DNA of 64,000 nt, from assembly GCA_973895155.1 (NCBI GenBank), contig OZ316894.1, positions 19,382,805 through 19,446,804 on the forward strand. The letters run 5' to 3'. Shown here piece by piece: positions 29,492 through 44,833 of this stretch. This DNA comes from Marsupella aquatica. Taxonomy: Eukaryota > Plantae > Marchantiophyta. The notes under the pieces were generated by a model. That model worked only from the letters and a program-made list of their open reading frames with translations. It made no database searches and was not told where the DNA came from. The position numbers and the translations under genes are program-made. How positions within the stretch are numbered: the first letter of the stretch is position 1; each line of letters begins with the position of its first letter.

Positions 29492-31152
29492 AGTAGTTAA
29501 TTACCCTTTACGTGTTTTAGTGCCAACTGCTCCAATGAATGTTGCCGAGGTATGAATATGAGAAACTATGATGGTAATAATAGTAGACTCAACCTATTTC
29601 TGTGGGTCACCTGATATTTGCGTCTGCCAAATGACAGACAAATGGAAGGAAGGAAGGGAGGAAAGAAGGAAGGAACTGTTGTTTGTTGACAGCCCTCACT
29701 AGCTCAAGAAAAGTTTTTTTTGTTGCCCTCAAACACCAAATCTAATGGATACAAAGAAACGGCATACAACAGGGAGGCCCATACCCAAGGGGGACCAAAG
29801 GTCAAAGTGCCAGAAGCCATTGGAGGTGGCACCAAGATAGAAGCCAGGCCTCAGCAGGGAGGCAGCTAAAGAAGACACTCAACTACACCTAATTTTTTAG
29901 CATGTATTTGATTATGGCCTGAATTCACCAATGAAGAAGCACTACAATCTGACTCAGGCTTCCATGGACCAAGCACTTTTGATGCTAAAAGGTGAGAATT
30001 TATACAGAAAATACTATATGAGTGACAAGTAATGATTCCAAATAGTCCATGCAGGTTGCAATCATCCACCTGGGCATCTTGTCAACACTTGCATGGTCTC
30101 TGTTGCATTGTTGTAGATAATGCTTCATAGTAGTCCATGTAGGTTGCAACAATCCTCCTGAGCATCTCTTCAAACCTTGCGAGGTCTCTGTTTCATAGGT
30201 GTAGCTGACAAAACCTTGAGATCCTGACACTTGGTTGACATACATGGAGATTGTGACACAGCAAGATGAAACGCTAAATGGTTTTGGTGGCTCGGAATGA
30301 AAATAATAAAACACATTCAACTTTTTTTTATGTTCAGAGTGTGACATTTACAACTTTAGTAAATATGAAAAAGAAAAGAAAAAAACATTTCCCTTTTCTG
30401 AAATCCAGATATATGAAGTTTGCCACTGTACTAAACACGCAGAATCCAATCAATCATTAAATGATTGCCTCTATTGGATTTAACATTTCCCTTTTTTATG
30501 AGGTTGCATGCTGTGCTGAAACTCATAGATACGAGGTTTGCATACTGCAGAAGACCCAAAGAATGATTGAATGAATGCCCCCTAATCAGTTCCAGCACAT
30601 CCTTACATCAAAGCACAGGAGTAGCCTGGTAACCATCTCCAAAAAAGGCCTTCGGTATGACAAAGTTCTCTGTGGGAATTAACCTTTCTATAAAACCCAT
30701 TCTCTAGAAGCCAACAATCAAAAGCACATGTGAACTTCAATGCTCTTCAGACCTGCTAGGCACATTCTCAATGTCCAGTGGACATATGTGGCGGGTTGTT
30801 CTTTGGTAGGTGCGAAGGGTGGGACGTCTCTTAATCTATTCATTCTTCAGCCAAAAAAATGCAAGTCCCACATCAGGGAGACAAATTACATGTCACCTCG
30901 AGCTCATAAGTTTGTGACTGTGCTGACTGAGCCTTCTCCGAACTATACATTAATACATCATATTGTGCCACCTACTCGATGCACAGTCTCACTATAATTC
31001 GCAAAATGGAATGCTGTTTGTACACTGGATATGAATATGCCTTGTCATCTACAACTCTGCTATCCAACACAGATATTGTACAGATTTGATGAAGACTTCA
31101 CCTGTCTTGTTGTAGCTCTAATAAGAGGATATCAATTGCTTGTCGACCTCAA

Positions 31153-32715
31153 CTAGAACTCCAGATACTGGTGGGAAAAGCGATTATCAAAGAGCTGCCA
31201 GTGCCCATAACGCTCGAGTAGGAGATTCCTCTCGGGAACAGTTGGCTTTTTGAAATGCATCAAACTGGGCAACTTTTGCTGCGCCTCATCTAGCCCTCTT
31301 CGGGTGAGGTAGCTGCAGCCATGCAGATCCAGAGACTCCAGCTGTGTACAGCTCTCGGCAAGTAATAACAAACATTGATCATGGATAGTTGAGTTTTGCA
31401 TTTCCAGATGCTTGAGCTGAGGCATGTATTTTGAGATGACACTGGCCTCTTGATCTCCCATTGGTACCAACTGCAAGACGCGTTGAGGAATGCCAACACT
31501 TCGCAGCCGGCAATTGCCATCAATATCCCTCATATTTCTCTTCAGGACGGTGAGCCCCTTACAGTGCTCCCCAAGTTTACATAAAGTCTCTGCTGAAACG
31601 GACCTACATTCACTCAGGTCCACTGATTCCAGTTTTGGACATCTTGACGCAACTAGTGTCATACTCTCGTCCGTAACATTTTGGCACATCTGGACATCAA
31701 GAATCCGCAAGTTCGGGCACCTGCGACCAGGAAAGGTAGTTGAGGGTAGTGACAAAAGGAATAACCAATACACAAGAATGATATGGCCGTTTGAGGCAAT
31801 TAGCGTCAAATTCAATCATCTCTAGAAGATAATTAATTATACTCGAGATTAATCTTAAGCTAGAGATAAATATAGGTAGATGCAACTCAGTTAGCTCTGG
31901 CAGAAATATCTACTAAGATTTGCTAATTCTGCGAAGAAACACATCACGTGTTTCACTGGCCATACCAACAAAAACGGCAGGATCTTCGAATGAGTCACAA
32001 CAACATATCGTAATGTTGGCCAAGACTTATATGGATCACAACTGCGCAGCCTAAAAGAAGATGGTTCCAAGCAGGAGCAGGACTCATGTGAGACGGATGT
32101 TGCACTTTTGGTCCCTGCTCCTTCGTGTACCACCTCTCTGGGCTGGGTCTGACTATCCACGGATTTGCTAAAGGGCATTTCTGAATGGCACACTTTACAC
32201 CTTAAAATTCCTTTCCTTTCCAAATAGTAAATCCCACTCATAGCCCGTCGCCTTCCTACGAACGAGAAGACAGTCAACCCTATCCATTCTATATTGCAAA
32301 TCTATAAATTCTGTAAGAGGAGATCATACCTTTGGGAAATGCACTCGAGAGCTTTATCAGAGCAGTGCCGAGTTCGAAGCCGGCGCAGCTGAGAAGATCC
32401 CCAATCTACCACGGTCATGATCATGGCGTCCATACGCTTCTCAAATTTGGGAGTCCACCAAAGACCCGTTTCCTTTCGCTTCTCGAAGCTCGGATCAATG
32501 TCAACCTCCACCCAACATGCAGCTTCCTGCACTGCCTTGCGCCATGCCTTACACACCAGTGCCACATTGCAATACTTATCCTCAAAGTCTACGCGTGTGA
32601 AAACCTCCACCAAGGCTTCCTTGGTCATGTCTTGCCACCTCCTCTCTTCCTCCTCCCCTGTCTCTCCATCCCTTCCTCCTCCTCTCCTCGTCTCCGATCC
32701 CGACTCCATCTCCAT
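31153..32715 (-). CDS. SKIP1: F-box/LRR protein, SKIP1-like (2 exons: 32715-32330, 31720-31153; 317 aa)
   Basis: F-box WQDMTKEALVEVF...VCKAW, the SKIP1-type motif WWTPKFEKRMD, LRRs (CPNL, CPKL, LKRN, LKHLE, LDLHGC) and C-terminal ERYGHWQLFD. The GT-AG intron restores the frame (954 nt total). Confidence 0.9.
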
Positions 32716-34662
32716 GACAGCACTGGAAAATTGGAGGCCTTCCTTGGATTTATTGATCTTGTGGTCAAGTAGGGAACGGCATATCAGGACATGCGAGTCG
32801 AGTCCAACAGCAGTCCCAGACACCGAATTGCATGACAAAAGCTTGGGCTGATGGCGCACGTGCCCTCGGCGAACAATTTTTATGACAAACGGCCCTGCTA
32901 GGTGGAAGAAGAAGAACGATGGTAAGATCGTAAGCAATTGCCAAACTTCCTTGAAATATGATGATCACCACACGAACAGCGGTCCTGCTGTGGAACAAAT
33001 TGGTGTAGGGAATGAAAAGTTTTAGCCCCGTCCGAGACCGTTCCCCTGCAGTTCCGGATCACTACAACCGTACTTTTTAGCCCCCTCCGTGAGCGTCCCC
33101 AGTAGTTCTGAATGACTACAACCCCCGCTACAACCGTGCTGAAAGGAGCCCTGTTAACCACACCGCCATACACCAGACTCCCCCGCCAACGAAGAAAGAA
33201 AACCTCTAGAGAGCACTTCAGCCCCAAATATGGCCCGCATTTGCATGAGACAAACGCCTCCCCACCAATTGGAATCGGTCATAGACAAGAAGAAGCCCAA
33301 CTTGCTGTGGGTTATACGGACTACCCCTCGGCCCCGGCAGCCAGTCAACCAGCTCAAGTGAATGAAATCAACCAAACAACCCACAGTCCCTGCAGCTTCT
33401 ACGTTAGAGGCTGAAATTGCTCCCAACGAGTGGTCGCATCCAGTCTCAGAGACTGATGTCGTTGCGTCTATCTTCTACTTCCTCCCCCATCGCAACTTTG
33501 CTCCCAACGAGTCATGACGACATCTAATCTCAGAAAGTGAGAAATCCTTCCTCCTCTCCCGATAGAAGAAATGGAGACACTCCAAAGCGAAGTAAAGGTA
33601 ATCAAGCTACACTAACAAGGAAGGAGAATGGAGTCTGGTACTGTAAAATTGCTCCCCAACCAGTGACGACATCCAATTTAGTCAGAAAAAGTGCAATCCC
33701 GTCTGTCTGTCTCTGTCTATCCACCTTTCCCAATCCCAAGAAGAACGAGCAGCGAGATCTCCGAACTCCAAAGCAGAGGCTCTCAATTTCTCAAACTGTG
33801 CACTATCAATGGACAGGAATTGCTCCCACCCACTGATGACGTCCACTCTGAAAAAGCGAAATCCCGTCAGTCGGCTTCAGAACCCACCGTAAACAGTGGA
33901 GAACTGGAGACCATTCCAAAATCCAAATCGATGGCTTTCATCAAACTCCACTTCTTCGAGCTCAGTCGTCATTCCAGTCGTGCAAGACAAAGAATTGAAA
34001 GAAAGGAGCAGAGAAGAAATAACGTACTACTGTAGTATGTGAAGGCGAAGAAGAACCCACAAAGACCACCACAAACGAAAGCACAATACTACGGAGGTGT
34101 ACGAAGGTGCCAACACGATTCTATTTTCACATGTTCGTGTCGATACTACATGAGTTTCCAAGCGGAAAGGTGGGCGGGCGGAGCATACAAGATGGGCTTC
34201 GGTACGGTGCTGGCGCTTTGAAGGAGCGGAGAAAACTTGGGAATCCGGGTGTGTTGTCGTGGCCCCACAAGTGCAGATGATGTTGTCGACAGGATTCGAG
34301 ACCTGACCGATGACAGTGCAAAGGACCAATCTCGAATGAAATCCCTGTCAACTGATTTTTTGCCCTTTTCCCTCTCGCTTCTTTTTAGGCTGGCTTTACG
34401 AGACTTGTTCGCCCTGCTTCTTTCGTTCATAGGTGCCTTTACACTTGGGGGGCAGCATTGTGTTGTGTTCGTTTTATTCGCTTTGAGAATAAATCTGGGC
34501 TTATAATGAGTGAAAATGGGCCATAGATCTCAAATCTCGACTTATAATAAGTGTAAAACGGTTTGCATGGTATTCCTTTATTCTCTTTGAATTGAATATG
34601 GACTTGCAATGAATATGGACTTGCAATGAGTGGAATAGTCACAGCTGGCTTTACAGAAACTG

Positions 34663-34760
34663 GGGCCCATCCAGCTATGGTATCAACCAATCCTATGTGG
34701 CAAAGAATGGGCCCATTCAGCTACGGTATCAACCAATCCTACGTGACAAAGAATGGGCCT
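34663..34760. promoter_or_regulatory. Duplicated 46-bp promoter-like module (GGGCCCA site-II-like motif plus CCAAT) upstream of SKIP1
   Basis: GGGCCCATxCAGCTAxGGTATCAACCAATCCTAxGTGxCAAAGAAT occurs twice in tandem. Confidence 0.4.
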
Positions 34761-37700
34761 TGATGTGGAGTGCTTATTTGTCTTGGATTTTAGACTGCCA
34801 CGAAAGGTGTTCCAAACATTTGCAGACTTTGGTGTGTTCATTCAAGAAAAGTTAAATTTACTTACAACAAGGGCCAAAACTGTACAATGAGGAAAAGCAA
34901 AAGGGACTCAAGGGATTGCATTTATTGAAGCTAGTTCCAAAGAGTTGTGTAATATGCAGTATGTCCTTGGATCAGTTCTAGGATCCAAAGTGTCACCAAA
35001 GTCTTGTAAGTGCCCCAAAAGTCTTGTAAAGTGCCCCCAAAGTCTCGTAAAGCTGCCTTTACTCTACAACCTTTTCTTTCGACCTGTGTATTTATGAGGG
35101 AACCCCTGATGAGTGACAAAGTACATGGACCAGCCTGTTGTGGTCAATTGGTCCCTTTTTTTCCTCGTCTACTATAAAATGTGAGAAGAAGGTCAGGTGG
35201 TAACTAGCTTAAGGTTTCTGACACATGAATAGCAACCATCTGATTTGCTTAAATGTAAGCAGAATCGTTAGATCTGGTGATATATATATCCCAAGTTTTC
35301 CAACGTAAGTCTATTGGTGCTCCCATACAGGGACACATGAATTGACCTCTGTGAAACCCTCAATATATAACAGCCCTTATCTCAAACACTATATCCCACC
35401 CAAAATTGTTTTTCTTTTAGAAAGGAAAACCGCCCATGAGCAAGCCACGCAATTGGCTCACTGGAGGGGAAAACCCTCACTGGGTCTCTATATATTTTTT
35501 CATATAAATCTTTTGAACTATTGCAAGAGCCTGTGGCACATAACATTTAAGACGGTTTGGAATAGAACCCAGATTGCATGCAGCAAGCTAGCCTGTTGCC
35601 ACCCCAAGCTAGAATAGAAGTGTACCACCATGATTAAACATGAGGCTTGCTGGTCACAAGTCACCTGAGTTCGTAATAAAAAGCTGCTGCTCAATCATTG
35701 TGGTCCAACTTTAAAGTGGTGGAGAATGCTCAAAAATCATTCACAAGTTTTTATTGTCGGAGTTTCCTTGAGATGCTTTTGTCAATATCTTAGGATTGTT
35801 CTTTTCTTCTCAGACATGGTTTATGATCTATGAAACCACTCTTTGAAATTATCAGAACTTTTGTCTTCCTCCTTTTTGGCCGGGATGAGGTCCTATGCCT
35901 ATCGTATAGACTTTTCTTTGGGATCATTTCTTGAATTCATGCAATCATTGGTATGTGTTCGACTTTCTGTTAGATCATGGGCATTATCTTCCTTTTCAGG
36001 TGCTCTACCATCTATTGGCTTCTTCAACTGGTTTGAACTTTTCTTTGGAACATTTTCTTCAATCTGGAAACCCAGATATACAATGACATAGTGATTGAGA
36101 TTTGAAGGTACACTCTGGAAGTAAAAGCATCAGGAATTGACCTCCTTGTGCATCGAACCGTATTAAAAAGCTTCTAGGACTATCTTATCTAGATAAATCA
36201 GCAAAAAAAATAAAATGAGATAACTAAAGCTGTGAGATCAACCAAGAAAAAGTAAAGTATCTAGCTTGTTCTGTAGTGCTTCCCTCTCAAACGTTTCTTA
36301 TGCTAAAATAATAATTAGCCATTCCCTTTTAGAGTTGGGATGAAAGTTTTTACGAACCACCTTAATCAAAGAGGTAATTTATTTTTGGGTGTGTGCTCTC
36401 TCCTGGGCCTACAAAGTGTTGTTCTCACTTATAAAGTCCTTTTCACATGTCATACTTGTAATAGACACGTTTAGCTTCTAAGATATTGTGAATAGCTTTC
36501 AAAAAGTGTGGGCCTTAAAGAACAATTAATCATTCCTCTTTGGAGATGGGATGAATTGTTTTTGAATCACCTTAAAGCAAGGATAAAAACAATTTCCAAT
36601 GAGTTGGTACCTGTGTCCTCACTTCTCTTGACAGCCCCACTTTTTGAAGCACTTCTCACACGTCATTTTTTTAATAGAATTCTTAGCTTTTGAAAGATTG
36701 ATAATCCCATTCAAAAGGCGAGCGGGCTTTAGTTTTTCCGTTAGAATACATAAGTCACTCAAAACTATAACTTTAGTGAACAGAACTATGAGGAATAGTT
36801 AAGGATAAAATGACACAATCTAACAAAAGATGGGAAAGATTGAAAAATAATATAGACCTAAAGAGGGGTCTTAGAGAAGAAAATAAAAAACATTCAGAGG
36901 GGTCAAAAAGAATTTCAATAATACAGTAGATACACCTTATCTAAGGCAAATTGAAATAAAAATACACCAACTAATTCTCAATGATATCAAGTGACCTAAA
37001 TAATCTCCCCAGTGAACGTGACATCAGATTAACTGTTCATCCTAATTAATCATTCGCTTTCGTAGATCATGGAAATTATTTTCCTCTTCAAGTTTTCAGC
37101 TATTCTATCATCTATTGGCTTCTTCAACTGGTTTGAAGTTTTAATTTGGGAACAATTACTTGAATGTGGAAGTCAGACATACAATGTAGTGATTGGGATT
37201 TGAAGGTAGACCCTGGAAGCAAAAGCACCAGGAATTGAAGGTAGACCGGAAGCAAAACCATCAGGAATCTACCCATCGTATCTAGACAAACAGGCAAAAC
37301 AATATTCTTTAAGATAACTAAAGGTGTGAGGATCCCAAGGTTACTTTGCATTATCGCTCAACCCATATGGCCCAAATTCGTCTCCTGAGTTGACTTGTCA
37401 AGGGTGATTAGCAGTGATCCAAATCTGGAAATCCCCCACGATGCTGTTGGAGGGAAGAATGGCAGACCGAATCTCCATTGGGCCCTCTCACACCTTGACT
37501 TCTCTCGGGATGATACTAACCAGTTGTCAGTGCTGTCCATTGCAAAACGGCTGCTTTCATGGACAACTTCAGGCTGAGTACTCGTGAACGTCCTCTCAAT
37601 GAGCACCCCGAGGACAAAAACGTTGATATCAGGTAAGATTACAAGCTCAAAAAAATAGGTAGTCACGGATCTGTTCTGGTAACTCCATGTTGCTGTGATG

Positions 37701-37875
37701 CTAACTTTCCAGTTCTCAAGGCTTTTTTCGTATGGCCCTGTATATGTCTGCTTTGATAGAACATGAGTATGACTCCGGGACCAATTGGACGACAGTGAGC
37801 TATTCCGTAACCACTGTATGAGATCAATGATTATGTACACTCGAAAAGAAGCACATTTTTGGCCGGGAACTGCTG

Positions 37876-40644
<2,769 letters not shown>

Positions 40645-41149
40645 TCACTACTGTCTGTTCCTCCCCTCCCCTTCCCCAACCTTCTGCTGTTGTGATCCAC
40701 TCCACGGATTGAAAAACCCAGCCTGAAGAGCAATCACAAAAACTGTAACAAATGTTGCCTTGTTTGCTCCTTCCTAGCTGGACCCGGATGAGCTTGAGCT
40801 CGAACGCAAGCCATGAAATTGTGGGGTTGCCTCGATCTTTCGTCCACTGCCAATCCTCCTGTGCCTTTCCTCAAAAAACAGCCTCGGGTCGTTTATCTTT
40901 GTTGGGTCCTTCGCGTTGTGAATCTGCCGATTGCAACAGAACTCTCGGCTTACAAATTGTATCTAAACACTTTTTCTCCGTTGCTTGCTGCTGATGGGAA
41001 ATTTGTTGCAGCGGTCGGTCCCAATCGGACAATCAAACCCTTTTCTAACTTGTCAAGACGACCCAACAGAAGTGGGGACGAGGCAACTCCAGTGCTGGAG
41101 AAGCAGGTGTCTCATCAATTTTCAAGATGAAGCAGGTGAGACTGTGACC

Positions 41150-42068
41150 AAGCTATGTGAGCTAAGTACACCCACGTTAACAGCCTCTCCACTGGTGCTC
41201 CTTTTCACCCTTTCACCCACAAATGACCCCATGGAGATTCAAAAGGAGCTATATGAGCTAAGTACACCCACGTTAACAGCCTCTCCACTGGTGCTCCTTT
41301 TCACCCTTTCACCCACAAATGACCCCATGGAGATTCAAAAGGAGCTATATGAGCTAAGTACACCCCTGATAACATTTAGAGTGGCCCACTCTAACAGCTT
41401 CTCCACTGCTGCTCCTTTCCACCCTTTCACCCACAAATGACCCAGATGGAGAAGCTAAATGAGCTGTACGAGCTAAGTACACCCCTAGAGCGGCCCACTC
41501 TAAGAGCTTCTCCACTGGTGCTCCTTTTCACCCTTTCACCCACAAATGACACAGATGGAGAAGCTAAATGAGCTATGTGAGCTAAGTACATCCATGATAA
41601 CATTGAGTGGCCCACTCTAACAGCTTCTTCAGTCGTGCTCCTTTTCACCCTTTCACCCACAAATGACCCATGGAGAAGCGAAATGAGCTCTGTCAGCGAA
41701 GTACACTCCATTTAACATTTAGAGTGGCCCACACTAAGAGCTTGAACTCCACTGGTGCTCTTTTTCACCCTTTCAACCACAAATGACCCACTGAGAAGCT
41801 AAGTGAGCTATGTGAGCGAAGCAAAACCATTTTAACATTTAGAGTGGCACTCTAAGAGCTTCTCCATTGCTGCTCCTTTCCACCCTTTCACTCACAACTG
41901 ACCCAGATGGAGAAGCTGAATGAGCTATATGAGCCAAGTACACCAATAATGTTGACATTTACAGTGGCCCACTCTAAGAGCTTCTACCCTGGTCCTCCTG
42001 TTCACCCTTTCACCCACAAATGACCCAGATGGAGAAGCTAAATGAGCTGTGTGAGCCAAGTACACCCT
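41150..42068. repeat. Minisatellite, ~8 units of 96-122 bp
   Basis: The unit GAGCTAAGTACACC...CTCTCCACTGGTGCTCCTTTTCACCCTTTCACCCACAAATGACCC...GGAGAAGCTAAATGAGCTAT starts near 41159, 41255, 41351, 41470, 41579, 41694, 41814, 41931 and 42053. The first two units are identical 96-mers. Confidence 0.95.
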
Positions 42069-44356
42069 CGCAACAGGTAGAACATATCTCAAATATTTAG
42101 GGGTCTTCTTCCAAATCCAAACTGTCACCCCCAGTTTTAGCAAGAAAGGTAATGGCTCCCTATTCAAACCTCCATTCTCATCATGTGCAAAAAAGACATA
42201 TAGATTCCTTTGTATAATATGTTTGCAAGTACAAATGCACAATCCCAAGAATGAAGATCAGTCTGGGAGCTTTTGGTGGGGTTGAGAATTGTCGATAGCA
42301 AAACTGCCATCCAAACACATGAGACAAAATTTTGTATTGTTTTGTGTCTTCTCTTTTCCAAAATTTCCAAGCCTACAAAATGATCTGGATAGTACAAATA
42401 ACATGCAAGTTGTGGTGTAAGTCTAGGTGAAAAATTTAAGGACTCTGAAAGCTTGGTCCTCTACTCCAACTTAGGGTCATGAGGAATAATTAGTTCGTGG
42501 ACCCCTTGGCTAATAAAATCAGGTGGAAGAGTCGATCTGAGCCGTCTCCATTTCTTATCTCTGGAAATCTTGTCTGTCCATCATAATGGCCAATCTATGG
42601 CTCAAAAGAAAGATCTCAAATAGATCTATGGATGGGTTCTGTCCGTTTTGCAAATGGGTTAATATTTTTCAAATGAAAAATTAAACAAATCCAAGCCTTC
42701 CTAGCCGTCGATTTTGTTGATTTTACGATCTTTGCCGTCCATTTTGTAATGCCTCTAGAAATCTTATTCATCCATGTTAGAAGGCGATCTAGGGTGCAAA
42801 AGAAAGATCTCAATGAGATCTACGATTGGGTATTTTTTGTTTTGAGAATGAGTAAATAGTTTTGAGTATAAAATTCAATGAACTATCAAGATTCCAGCCA
42901 TTCCTCCTCCCTGATCCTGGGTTTCTATGTGCTCTTCCCAACATTAATGGCCGTACAATACGAGAGATCCTTACATACCGAGAGTTGGGGTTTAACAAGG
43001 AAGTTATCAAGTTAGTTATTAATCATTATTTATTATATGAAAAATACTTTTTATAAATCTTTGAATTTAAGTTTTAAAATTGGAAATGTAACTAAAACGG
43101 TTACTTAGTGACAGTTTTCACCGTCTTGCTCTTTGCATTTCCAATGTTTTTACTTTTCTTTTTATGGTATGGCGTCCCAAAATTTACACCCAAATTGACA
43201 CAAACACGAATGAAAACTATAAGTTTGATTCACAAAACCGACGAGTCTTGTTTGTTGCGATTGTTGTTGACATGGCACGCTGTGGTGCCAAGAATTTTGG
43301 AAGGGACCTCTAGTGGGGTCCGTAATAAGATCACATTCAGAAATATAGAGGGAAAATGTGGGACCAGTATATCATAGTGCATCCTGGTTAAATCAATAAA
43401 GCATTATTAAAATCTTGGAACTGACTGACAGAATATTGTAGAGTGCTTGTGAAAACCTCTCAAAAATTTCGTGATGCAAATTTACTAATTTTCTAGGCAT
43501 TTTGATGTAAACACTGATTATATTGTTAGAAAAAAAAAAAAACAGAAGAATAATATTTTGGTGACGCATTATTTCCTAGAAATGAAAATAATGAATATTT
43601 TGTGCTGTTCCTCTGACAAAATTACCTGATGGACTACACAAAATCCACTGGAGCCAAAATTGGCGAATACTTTTTAAAGAGATGAAATCTAGCAAATTTT
43701 ACAGAGTACAAATTTTGCCAAAGGGGAATCTTACTAGTAAAGAACAATGCACAATTACTTTCAAGGGCTATTTTCTAGAGTGAAACCTCAACAGTCCCCA
43801 TAGGACAAAACTGAACAGTGAAAGTGGACCAAAAAAAGTAAGGATGGGAGCAAAGATTATTTAACAAAAATGACATTGACTCTAAATAAAGACAAAACTA
43901 AGATCGACTCTCAAGAAAAAAAAAACAGAAGTGAGGGTGAAAAAAGAAGAAGGGATGGAGGCAAAGATGAATAGTAACAAAACAGAAGTGAGGGTGAGAA
44001 AAGAAGAAGGAAAGGAGGCAAAGATGAATAGTAGCATCTTTGTTTTGCAAGTTTTTATTGGTCTTGATCTCTATTACATTCAAAGAACCGGTAATCAGGG
44101 TAATCACGCTTTTTTCGTCTTCATCTCTATTTACACTTAAAGAACGGGGCTACCTAATTAGGTCGTACTTGAATCTACCTAATTTTCGACACTACAAAAA
44201 ACGCAGAACTTCAGAACTCTGTTACTCTTGCGGCTGAGTCTTTTCTGGAATCAACACTCTGGAGGGAACGTGGGTGAGTGATTTTGAAGGATTTGGAAAT
44301 TGGAAGTGTTGTGGGTTGGGAAGAAGCTTTGAATTGCTTTCGACAATCGAGCGAAA

Positions 44357-44833
44357 ATGGCACCGACAGCCTTGATCAATGCGAATCCTGTGATCCACCA
44401 AACGAAAGTGCGGCCAACGAGAGTGGACAATGCGGATGAGAGCAGTGTCGATAGATTTGATGCGGAGGAAATCTTCGAGCACGTGAGAGACATCACAGAT
44501 CCAGAGCATCCATACTCGCTGGAGCAGCTGAATGTGGTCTCTCAGGATTCTATCGATGTCGACGACAAGCGGAGCCATGTTACGGTCACGTTCACTCCCA
44601 CAGTCCAGCATTGCAGCATGGCAACTGTGATCGGGCTGTGCATAAGAGTCAAATTGCTACGCTCTCTCCCGCAGCGCTTCAAGGTCGACATCAGGGTTGC
44701 TCCAGGATCCCATTCCTCGGAGCCCGCTGTCAACAAGCAGCTGAATGACAAGGAGAGGGTGGCAGCTGCTCTAGAGAACCCCCACCTTGTGGAAATGGTC
44801 GAGAAGTGTCTCCAACCGAGCGAAGATTTGTAG
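44357..44833 (+). CDS. AE7: AE7 / CIA2 / FAM96 (MIP18 family) cytosolic Fe-S cluster assembly protein, intronless
   Basis: [65 protein letters not shown]; 158 aa in one ORF. Confidence 0.96.
   Translation: MAPTALINANPVIHQTKVRPTRVDNADESSVDRFDAEEIFEHVRDITDPEHPYSLEQLNVVSQDSIDVDDKRSHVTVTFTPTVQHCSMATVIGLCIRVKLLRSLPQRFKVDIRVAPGSHSSEPAVNKQLNDKERVAAALENPHLVEMVEKCLQPSEDL

Noticed and set aside
32716-32937. N-terminal extension of SKIP1 in the ORF track
   Set aside because: It begins at a non-ATG codon and spans a likely leader intron or UTR. Homology starts after ATG 32715.
33830-33852. TGATGA…CTGA resembling snoRNA C/D boxes
   Set aside because: The boxes are only ~8 nt apart, far too short, and they are part of a degenerate repeat.
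37358-37840. 160-aa minus-strand ORF just after the ZNF330 stop
   Set aside because: No recognisable motif, and the position fits a 3' UTR.
41150-42068. CRISPR-like appearance of the regular repeats, and the 151-aa ORF 40985-41440
   Set aside because: The units are contiguous and homologous along their full length, with no unique spacers and no cas genes, in a eukaryotic context. The ORF is a by-product of the 96-bp period.
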